42,799 bases of DNA. Source: Bacilli bacterium. Lineage in GTDB: Bacteria > Bacillota_I > Bacilli_A > RFN20 > CAG-826. Both the position numbers and the translations under genes were made by a program. Location of the stretch: assembly GCA_034176765.1 (NCBI GenBank), contig JAXFTN010000141.1:1-42799 (forward strand). Reading direction: 5' to 3'. This document shows positions 1 through 7,312 of this stretch, in pieces. A model generated the notes under the pieces. The model ran no database searches, had not been told where the DNA came from, and saw only the letters and a list, made by a program, of their open reading frames with translations. The stretch's first letter is position 1, and every line of letters begins with the position of its first letter.

Positions 1-43
1 GCAAAGACTTAATTAACTTGAAAAGCTTTATTAATGTCTTTGC
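1..43 (-). terminator. Possible hairpin downstream of the protease gene, truncated by the window edge
   Basis: GCAAAGAC (1-8) is the reverse complement of GTCTTTGC (36-43). It lies 9 nt beyond the minus-strand stop at 52-54. Any U-tract would be off-window. Confidence 0.25.
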
Positions 44-51
44 TTTATTAA

Positions 52-864
52 TTATAAGATTTTTAATTCTTCTTTTTGTTCGACTTCTTTTATGAATTCA
101 AGAATGACTTTTAAAGGAATAGCATAATTCATAACAAGAGCATCGTTACTTCCACTAGTAACCATACCAAGTAGTTCTCCATTTTCATTAAATACAGGAC
201 CACCCGAATTACCATTTGTGACTAAAGCAGTAATCATCATATATTCATGGCCACTAATTTCACGCACATTATCAGCTACAATTCCATCAAGAATTGCTAG
301 GCCTTTTCCTTTACTATTTCCAATTGTATATACCTTTTCACCAGTAACACAATCGCCACTTGCAAATGAACAAGATTTATAATTGCTCTCATAAGCAAAA
401 TGTAAAATACATATATCAAGTTCTTTTGAAGCAAATACAAATTCTAATTCATATAATGTATCACTATCATTAAATTTAGCAAATACATTTTCGCATAAAG
501 TAGTATTTTCAGGATCATCTTTATCAAAAACAATATGTGCATTTGTGATTACATAATTTGAATTAATTATAAATCCAGTACCAGTAGAAGCCTTATTAGC
601 AAAATTACAATAAATTGCAACTACACTATCAATGTTATCTTTAAATATATCTTTAGCATCTTTTTTATTAGTTGCACTAGATATATTAGAAGTTTCTACT
701 CTAGATTTTTGAATATATTTATTCCTTTTAGATAAAGAAGAGAAAGTTTCATTACAAGAACTACATACATATGAATAAACAGTATCCTCTTCAACATTTT
801 CTTTAGAAATAACTTTAATATTTTTTGATCCACATATTGGACAAATATCATATATGAATTCCAT
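52..864 (-). CDS. Zinc-ribbon-fused trypsin-like (S1, Trypsin_2-type) serine protease
   Basis: N-terminal four-Cys ribbon CPICGS...CSSCN. Catalytic-triad contexts TNAHIV (His), LDICILH (Asp), GNSGGPVF (Ser). Start moved to ATG 864 (MEFIYD) because GAGGTG lies 6 nt upstream; the ORF-track GTG at 873 sits inside that SD. Follows the TIR gene stop by 12 nt. Confidence 0.8.
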   Translation of the reverse strand: MEFIYDICPICGSKNIKVISKENVEEDTVYSYVCSSCNETFSSLSKRNKYIQKSRVETSNISSATNKKDAKDIFKDNIDSVVAIYCNFANKASTGTGFIINSNYVITNAHIVFDKDDPENTTLCENVFAKFNDSDTLYELEFVFASKELDICILHFAYESNYKSCSFASGDCVTGEKVYTIGNSKGKGLAILDGIVADNVREISGHEYMMITALVTNGNSGGPVFNENGELLGMVTSGSNDALVMNYAIPLKVILEFIKEVEQKEELKIL

Positions 865-876
865 TTTAAACACCTC

Positions 877-3447
877 TTATTTTTTAGGTGAATACTCTTC
901 TACCAAGTGATCAAAGTACTCATATTTATTTTTATAAACAGCTAATTCTTGAAGTAATTTCTTTTCTTTTCTTCTTAAGTTAGCATATTTATTAAACATT
1001 GATTTAGAAGTAATCTTATTACCAATAAATATAAATAGGCGTAAGATAAATACAAAATCAAAGAATGCAGCGATACCTAAGAAAACTTTTCCCAATATTT
1101 CTTGTGCCATATTTGGAGAATGTAAGAAATCTTTAAAGATAAAGAATAGTACATTAAATAAAACTACAAAGAAAAGAAGTGCTTTTGGGAATGTATTTGT
1201 TTTTGACTTTTTATTAGCTTTATTGAACCTTTTCTCACATTTTTTCATTTCTGAATGTATTGAATTTTGAGTGGAGTAAACACTAAGAATATTATCTCTT
1301 TCTTGTTTAAATTCCATATCTTCTTCATGATATTTACGTTGTTTTTTAACAATATCCATAAAGAATTTTGTTTGTTCATCATCAGCATGATTTAACATAG
1401 GAATATACTCATCAAATGATAAAATATCACGTGAATATATTAGTTCCTTTTCATTTTTAACTTCACATTTCGCCATAATTATATAGTAATAAAATGTAGC
1501 TTCTGTAGAGTCAATAGAAGACAATAATTCAAATAAATATTTAGCTGCAGAGAATTTTCCTGTTTCTAAATAAATATTACCTTTTTTAAATATTTCACTA
1601 CTGAAACACTTAATATTTTCAGGATAAAATTTTAATAATTCTGTATAAAAATCTAAATTTAAAGAATCATACGGAATCGCTTTTAAAATTGCTTCAATTT
1701 CTTGTTTTTGTTGATCTTGATTTTGATATTTTAATAAATCTTTTAAACTCTCATAAGTTTTCAATTTATCAATATTAGCATCATATTCAACTAAAGAAGG
1801 ATCAAGAGTTGAACAAGTTGCAATTCTAATTAATGCTCGACGAGCAACATTATTTCCTTCGTCAACACTAATTAATGTATTTGCAATCTCACTTGCCTTA
1901 GAGAAATTACCGCTTGTTACTTCATGAGATAATAATTTAGTTAACCAATAAATATATTTATCAATGTCATCAATTGAAATAATTTTTACTAATATTTCGA
2001 ATAAAGTAAAATCATAATATTCGATAGCTTTTTGTATAAATTGTTCTAAGTAGTCATTTCTTTTACTATATTCATAGACAAAGATTATATCACATAACTT
2101 GTAAGCTTTTTGAGCATTTGCACCAAGAGGATTTTCTAATAATCTTTGGAAAAATTTATAAAATGTTTCAATAATTAAAAGGGCATAATTTTCACTGCAA
2201 TGACGCAATGCTTGTTCGATGAGTTCTAAATCAGTAACTTTTTGTAAATTCATTGTTAATACTGCATCAAGACCTTTTAACTTATTGATACATAAGAATT
2301 TTCTAAAAATAGCATCTCCATCAAGTGGCTCATTTTCTAGAATTTTATTAATGTGGTCAAGTCCTAAATCAAAGACGCCATTATCAATAAATTTATCTGC
2401 AATATTTAATTTTTCATTAACTGTATAAGATTTGCCTTCAATTGCTTCAGCTCCAATAATACGATTTGAAACATCATGCTCACTGCTTAATTTAGTAGCT
2501 TTCTTTCCAATCTCTTGTTCAATTACAGCTTTCTTTAATCCCTTTTTTCCACTAGGAGTATTTTTCAATACACTAGATACATAAGATTCAAGTGAATCCA
2601 TCCAAGTGATATTACTTACATCAATTGCTTGTAATGATTTTAAAGGATTAGGTAGTGTTCCAGGATTCAATCCTTTATATAAAAGAATTAATGAATTACT
2701 TGCTTTTTCTTTATTTACAATTCTTCTTGCAAATCTGGACCATTCATTTTTGACCCACGTTGAAGTAATATATTCTTCTTTAGAACCATAAATGATCATA
2801 ATTTTTGCTGTATTTAAGGCATTAAAAATATATGGTTCATATTTTTCACCATAACAATTCAAAGAAATTCGCGAAAAGAAAACATTATAACCTTTTGACT
2901 TTAAAAAATGATAAACTTCTTGAGCTTCATAACTATCACGTGTTCTTTCAATACCATTTTCAGTTTCGGTATCTTTATAAGAAATGAAAATATCATATGG
3001 TGGAAGCTTTGAAGCTTTCTCGACCCATTCAATACGATTCTTTTCAATTATTTCAGCTTGTTTTTCATAATAATCTTTTTCGTCTTTACTACCATAACGT
3101 AAAGCTAATTTATAGTTCTTATCTTCATATAATGAAGCATAACTTGTTGCATAACATGTAGGAATTTTCTTTCCATCATAATCGGTCTCATATTTGATAC
3201 CATATTTAGAAAGTAATAATCCCCAATAATTACGAGATGAATGTGGGTATTTAACAACTATATCTGAAAATAAATTTTCAGCTTCTTCAAAATTACATAA
3301 TCTTAATGCTTGAGAAGCATTGTAATAAAGGGTGTCTTCTTCATTTGATAATTCTTCTGGTTTATAGGCACCACATGCTTCACATACCCATTTCCCATTT
3401 TTATATACATATGTACCACCACATATATTACAAATATTTTTGTCCAT
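877..3447 (-). CDS. Zinc-ribbon / TIR domain / long helical-repeat protein with C-terminal membrane hairpin
   Basis: N-terminal CNICGG...CEACG ribbon followed by TPR-like helices. The central segment YDIFISYKDTE...NVFFSRISL...IMIIYGS...STWVKNEWSRF matches the TIR (TIR_2) strand-helix pattern, including a conserved Glu. A helical region of more than 400 aa follows. Two hydrophobic helices lie near the C-terminus (ALLFFVVLFNVLFFIF and VFLGIAAFFDFVFILRLFIFIG). GGGGGTG SD upstream. Confidence 0.8.
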   Translation of the reverse strand: MDKNICNICGGTYVYKNGKWVCEACGAYKPEELSNEEDTLYYNASQALRLCNFEEAENLFSDIVVKYPHSSRNYWGLLLSKYGIKYETDYDGKKIPTCYATSYASLYEDKNYKLALRYGSKDEKDYYEKQAEIIEKNRIEWVEKASKLPPYDIFISYKDTETENGIERTRDSYEAQEVYHFLKSKGYNVFFSRISLNCYGEKYEPYIFNALNTAKIMIIYGSKEEYITSTWVKNEWSRFARRIVNKEKASNSLILLYKGLNPGTLPNPLKSLQAIDVSNITWMDSLESYVSSVLKNTPSGKKGLKKAVIEQEIGKKATKLSSEHDVSNRIIGAEAIEGKSYTVNEKLNIADKFIDNGVFDLGLDHINKILENEPLDGDAIFRKFLCINKLKGLDAVLTMNLQKVTDLELIEQALRHCSENYALLIIETFYKFFQRLLENPLGANAQKAYKLCDIIFVYEYSKRNDYLEQFIQKAIEYYDFTLFEILVKIISIDDIDKYIYWLTKLLSHEVTSGNFSKASEIANTLISVDEGNNVARRALIRIATCSTLDPSLVEYDANIDKLKTYESLKDLLKYQNQDQQKQEIEAILKAIPYDSLNLDFYTELLKFYPENIKCFSSEIFKKGNIYLETGKFSAAKYLFELLSSIDSTEATFYYYIIMAKCEVKNEKELIYSRDILSFDEYIPMLNHADDEQTKFFMDIVKKQRKYHEEDMEFKQERDNILSVYSTQNSIHSEMKKCEKRFNKANKKSKTNTFPKALLFFVVLFNVLFFIFKDFLHSPNMAQEILGKVFLGIAAFFDFVFILRLFIFIGNKITSKSMFNKYANLRRKEKKLLQELAVYKNKYEYFDHLVEEYSPKK

Positions 3448-3460
3448 ACCTACACACCCC

Positions 3461-4597
3461 CTACATCAAACCATTTTTATAAAGTTCAAATTTTTCTAAA
3501 TCTTCTTTCGAAGTTTTTGGTTTATTTTTTGCAATAATTACATCACAATCATTTTGTGAAATTAATACTTCTTTTCCAGACTTAACTGATTTTTTATATG
3601 CCTCAGCACGAATCTTGTCACACATTGAAACTATATCGCCACCATTGTATCCTTCAGTTTTTTGTGCTAATAGATTAAAATCAAAATTTTCAGTTAAAGG
3701 AACGCCTTTCATAGCTTTTTTTATCATAAATAAACGTGCTTCAAAATCTGGTAAACCCACATATATATGTGTATCAAATCGACCACCACGGCACATTGCA
3801 GGATCTAAAGCCCATGGTCTATTAGTAGCACCAATTAATAGTAACATTTTACAAGTTTTAGATTTTTTAAATCCATCAACTTTTGTTAAAAATGTTGCAA
3901 CAAATCGAGCCATTTCAGCGTCAACTCCACCAGTTGAATCTTCTCTTTTTGATGCGACTGCATCCATTTCGTCAAAGAAAATAATAGCTCTTTCATTCTT
4001 TTGAGCCTCTTCAAAAAGTGCATCTAATTGTTTAGAACTTTCACCCATATATTTTGAAATTAAATCAGAACATTTTATTGAATAAAATTTTGCATCAACT
4101 TCACCAGCAATTGCTCGTGCAATAAATGTCTTACCAGTACCTGGTGGGCCATATAAAATGATTTTACCACCAGCCTTAATGTTATATTTTTTTGCTAATT
4201 CTGGATTTTTTAAAGGTTCAATTACATTATAAATAATTTGATCTTTTACATCTTGTAAACCTGCAACATCATTAAATGTAACTTTATCTTCTTTAGGAAT
4301 TTCAATAGCTTGAAATGTTTTTTCTTCCTCTTCAGAATCTCCTTTTTGTTTATTAGTTATATTTTTAACTGGACGTTTTTTTACACAGTTTTCTCTAACA
4401 AAAACAAGAATTTTTTCCGCTACTTTATGATATTCAGTTCTTACATCATAACTAGTTGCATCAATTGAAATTTTATTTGCTAATTCGGCTGCTTTTAAAA
4501 AGGCACTTCTAGCACTTTCAATGTCACCTTTAGCAAAATACTCTTTGCCTTGTTGATAAAAACTTTTATACGCCTCTACTACTGATCCATTATTCAT
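3461..4597 (-). CDS. Vps4-like AAA+ ATPase with N-terminal MIT/TPR-like three-helix domain
   Basis: Walker A ILYGPPGTGKT, Walker B IIFFDEMDA, second region of homology GATNRPWALDPAMCRGGRFD. SDLISKYMGES and the PW motif resemble the Vps4/katanin/spastin clade. The first ~75 aa (AYKSFYQQGKEYFAKGDIESARSAFLKAAELANK...EYHKVAEKILVFV) look like an MIT-type helical bundle. GGAGG SD. Confidence 0.8.
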   Translation of the reverse strand: MNNGSVVEAYKSFYQQGKEYFAKGDIESARSAFLKAAELANKISIDATSYDVRTEYHKVAEKILVFVRENCVKKRPVKNITNKQKGDSEEEEKTFQAIEIPKEDKVTFNDVAGLQDVKDQIIYNVIEPLKNPELAKKYNIKAGGKIILYGPPGTGKTFIARAIAGEVDAKFYSIKCSDLISKYMGESSKQLDALFEEAQKNERAIIFFDEMDAVASKREDSTGGVDAEMARFVATFLTKVDGFKKSKTCKMLLLIGATNRPWALDPAMCRGGRFDTHIYVGLPDFEARLFMIKKAMKGVPLTENFDFNLLAQKTEGYNGGDIVSMCDKIRAEAYKKSVKSGKEVLISQNDCDVIIAKNKPKTSKEDLEKFELYKNGLM

Positions 4598-4619
4598 AGA
4601 GAACCTCCACTAGTAATAA

Positions 4620-5210
4620 TTATAATAATTTATTTTTTTCTGCTTCGATTTCTTTTGTTAAATCAATGTCACTTACTTTTGGCATTGAAGCATTTTGTCC
4701 TGTTAATTTAGCTCTAGCTGCATCAATCATTGGACGTACAGAAGCAATTTCAGCTTGAGAGCGTACTCTATTAGCTGGGTTAGATGATTTCATAACACTT
4801 CCCATTGCTTTTTGAGATATTTTAATTTGTCTCATATATTTAGCAATTTTTACATTTGCTCTTTGAATTTTTGCAATATTTGGCATCTTATTTTTATTGT
4901 TTGCCATGTTATTTAATGCATTTACAGCCATAGCCATATTTGTTGCAATTGAATTAGATACATTAATGATATCAAAATTTGCTTTTGTTTGAGTTAAACT
5001 AGAAATAACATCATTTAATTCCATCAATGCACTTAAAGCAACGTCATAACTTCCTTGGTCTCCATTAACTTCAGCCTCAGCAGCAATATGTGCATATTCT
5101 TGTCTTTTTGCTTTTAATTCGTTGATTTGATCATTGAAAATTTGCATTTGCTCATCACGTTGCATTTGAGCCATGATTTCTTTTTCTGCTTTTGTCTTAA
5201 AAAATGCCAT
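4620..5210 (-). CDS. ESCRT-III (Snf7/CHMP)-like helical protein
   Basis: 196 aa, all-helical by composition, with a basic N-terminus MAFFKTKAEK and a long heptad hairpin region. The Met/Asn/Ala-rich segment AMAVNALNNMANNKNKMPNIAKIQRANVKIAKYM resembles the CHMP alpha3-alpha4 region. Acidic amphipathic C-terminus DIDLTKEIEAEKNKLL. The ATG overlaps the upstream stop (TAATG). Confidence 0.6.
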   Translation of the reverse strand: MAFFKTKAEKEIMAQMQRDEQMQIFNDQINELKAKRQEYAHIAAEAEVNGDQGSYDVALSALMELNDVISSLTQTKANFDIINVSNSIATNMAMAVNALNNMANNKNKMPNIAKIQRANVKIAKYMRQIKISQKAMGSVMKSSNPANRVRSQAEIASVRPMIDAARAKLTGQNASMPKVSDIDLTKEIEAEKNKLL

Positions 5211-6223
5211 TATTTTGTACCCCCGACTTCTAATTCTTCACTAGCATCAATTCCTGAATCCATTTCTTTTTGATTACTTTTCAATTCTTCTTTTTCTTTT
5301 TTCTTACGAAGAAGTTGTTCTTTATAAGCTAAAGCATCTTGAGAAACAGATATTGTTGATGTGTTAACTCCAAATACTTTTTCATCCATATTTTTTGTTC
5401 TTTCAGCAATTAATTGAGTATCTTTTTCCATTCTCTTTAAAATAGATATAGCTTTCTCAGGCTCAGAAATAACTGATTTTAATCTAGACATATTTAGAAG
5501 CGCTCTTGCTTTTCCTAAATCTTCTAACGAATAATCACTTTCTACTACAATCTCATTAGCATTGCTATAAATTAAATCTAATAAATTAAAGCAAGCTGAA
5601 TAATTAGCTTTTCTAACATTGAGCATATCTAATTTACTCTTTAAAGAAGATATCTTACGATATAATTCATTAATACGACGTTCATTCTCTTCTTTTAGCA
5701 TTAAACTATCTAATTCGTTTAAATCTTTTTCTAATGAATAAATATCTTTTTCTAATCTTTGTTCATTCGCTACAAATTGATTTTTAATAGTTGCTAATTC
5801 ATCAAGTCTATTTTGTAATTTCTTTCTAGACCATGTCATTTTTTCTTTTTCGGTAGTACCAATTTCTTCACTATTCATATCACCTTGGAGTACAGATTTC
5901 CAAACATCAACTGAATAAGTAAGATTTGATACACCTTCTTCAAGTCTAGTTACTAAATCTTGATTAGCTAATTCATTTAATTCAACGACTTGTTTTGAAA
6001 CTGTTTCAGCAATACTTGAAATATCTTCTTTACCAGTTCCTACACAATTATCAAGTCCTGAAATGGCATCTTTTAATTCTACAGCTAATGCATCGACTGC
6101 ATCTTTATCTAAATAACTATTTACTTTATGAGTTTCAAGTTTAAAACATACTTTCTTTAAATCTTTTAATGCTTTGTCTTTAAGAGCATTATTATTTTTA
6201 ATTGATGGACTATATTTTTTCAT
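5210..6223 (-). CDS. 337-aa coiled-coil protein, possible second ESCRT-III/PspA-superfamily subunit or adaptor
   Basis: Long heptad-rich helices (KLQNRLDELATIKNQFVANEQRLEKDIYSLEKDLNELDSL...INELYRKISSLKSKLDMLNVRKANY) and an acidic C-terminal tail DSGIDASEELEVGG. GGAGGA SD. Its stop overlaps the next start. Confidence 0.6.
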   Translation of the reverse strand: MKKYSPSIKNNNALKDKALKDLKKVCFKLETHKVNSYLDKDAVDALAVELKDAISGLDNCVGTGKEDISSIAETVSKQVVELNELANQDLVTRLEEGVSNLTYSVDVWKSVLQGDMNSEEIGTTEKEKMTWSRKKLQNRLDELATIKNQFVANEQRLEKDIYSLEKDLNELDSLMLKEENERRINELYRKISSLKSKLDMLNVRKANYSACFNLLDLIYSNANEIVVESDYSLEDLGKARALLNMSRLKSVISEPEKAISILKRMEKDTQLIAERTKNMDEKVFGVNTSTISVSQDALAYKEQLLRKKKEKEELKSNQKEMDSGIDASEELEVGGTK

Positions 6224-6237
6224 ACATTATTCCTCCA

Positions 6238-6891
6238 TTAAGCTACTTTGCTTCTAATTCTTTCAAGATCATCACTATTAATATGAATACCTTCAACTGT
6301 TAAAGAATTTAATTTAAGACCCATTGACTTAAATGATTTTTCTTCACATAAAGAGCTGAACAATCTTTCTTGTAATTCCTTTGCTTTTAAAGTTGCATTG
6401 AAGACTGAAACTTCTTTATCAACTAAAAGATTATTTAATATAGGAGCACCCACTGATTTAATTACTGAGATTGTCTTTTCTCTTAAATCATCAATAGTAA
6501 CAACATTGAATCCAGAATATGCGGCAATCAATCGACCAAAATCTTCAATTTCGAGAGCGTATTTTCCATTTGCTCCAGCTTTATACAATTCATTTTGATG
6601 ATCGTTTTTGATTTCAATATTTCCAAATCCCCATGCAAGTAAAGGTAAAGAATTAATTAATATAAAACATACTTTGACATTTTGCCCTAATAAATCTTTT
6701 CCATATTCTTTTAATAAGTTAATATGATTACAATTATCAACTCTGAAACTTAATTTTTCATTAATATATACGAAACCTTTATAACCATTAGGAACTGTAA
6801 GAAAAACGCTTTTATCAATTTTAGCAGAAGGTGAAAATTGAACAACACAATCAGTTAAATAACTACTAGGTGCCAATTCATTTGTTTTCAT
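6238..6891 (-). CDS. Divergent SPFH/Band-7-like protein (YdjI-type fold, no zinc ribbons)
   Basis: Colinear block similarity by eye to the two YdjI-like proteins in this window. LTVPNGYKGFVYINEKL matches LVVREGQRAIFINKGKL. VKVCFILINS...WGFG matches ADIYFIQTK...WKTP. GANGKYALEIEDFG matches EAEGKFSFKVTEPS. MGLKLNSLTVEGIHIN matches LGLDVCGLYIENIVLP. GGGGGA SD. Confidence 0.6.
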   Translation of the reverse strand: MKTNELAPSSYLTDCVVQFSPSAKIDKSVFLTVPNGYKGFVYINEKLSFRVDNCNHINLLKEYGKDLLGQNVKVCFILINSLPLLAWGFGNIEIKNDHQNELYKAGANGKYALEIEDFGRLIAAYSGFNVVTIDDLREKTISVIKSVGAPILNNLLVDKEVSVFNATLKAKELQERLFSSLCEEKSFKSMGLKLNSLTVEGIHINSDDLERIRSKVA

Positions 6892-6906
6892 TTGTCATAA
6901 TCCCCC

Positions 6907-7254
6907 TTATTTCTTTTCAATAATTTCGCAAAGTTGATTTAATGTTGCTTCACTAAGATCATCTTTAGTCAAAGCAAAAATTAATTTCTTTTGCGTTTCA
7001 CTTAGTTCAGATAAATCAACTTTTACAGAATCCGAAGTAGCAGCAATTGCATCACGTAATGACTTGACTTCTTTTTCCGTTAAATCATAATTTTTGCAAA
7101 CAATGGCATCAAAATTCTTTGGAACATTTCGTTTGCCATTTTCAATAGCAGATAAATAAGAAGAAGATAATTCTAGTTTCTCAGCCATTGTTCTCATACT
7201 GTCTCCAGAATTAATACGAATAATTCGAAGAACTTTACCTAATTGAGTAATCAT
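6907..7254 (-). CDS. XRE-family helix-turn-helix transcriptional regulator, first gene of the operon
   Basis: LGKVLRIIRINSGDSMRTMAEKLELSSSYLSAIENGKRNVP is a classic XRE/Cro-C1 HTH. GAGGGGG SD. Promoter immediately upstream. Confidence 0.85.
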   Translation of the reverse strand: MITQLGKVLRIIRINSGDSMRTMAEKLELSSSYLSAIENGKRNVPKNFDAIVCKNYDLTEKEVKSLRDAIAATSDSVKVDLSELSETQKKLIFALTKDDLSEATLNQLCEIIEKK

Positions 7255-7283
7255 AAATAATGCCCCCTCTATATTACAAGAAA

Positions 7284-7312
7284 ATTATACCAACATTTAA
7301 ATTGATTGTCTA
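7284..7312 (-). promoter_or_regulatory. Sigma-A-like promoter of the seven-gene operon
   Basis: On the minus strand: TAGACA (7312-7307), a 17-nt spacer, then TGgTATAAT extended -10 (TATAAT at 7289-7284), about 30 nt upstream of the XRE ATG. Confidence 0.55.

Noticed and set aside
3461-4597. Alternative reading of the AAA ATPase as FtsH, SpoVK/CbbX-type or proteasomal-type ATPase
   Set aside because: There is no TM segment or protease domain, which rules out FtsH. The PW motif, the SKxxGES block and the N-terminal helical bundle fit the Vps4/katanin clade better than SpoVK. This remains to be confirmed by phylogeny.
4620-5210. Alternative reading of the 196-aa helical protein as PspA/IM30 or a generic coiled coil
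   Set aside because: Its length, basic N-terminus, Met/Asn-rich central region and acidic terminal helix fit Snf7/CHMP better than PspA (~220 aa, different heptad layout). By-eye assignment cannot exclude PspA-like ancestry, and either way it belongs to the ESCRT-III superfamily hypothesis.
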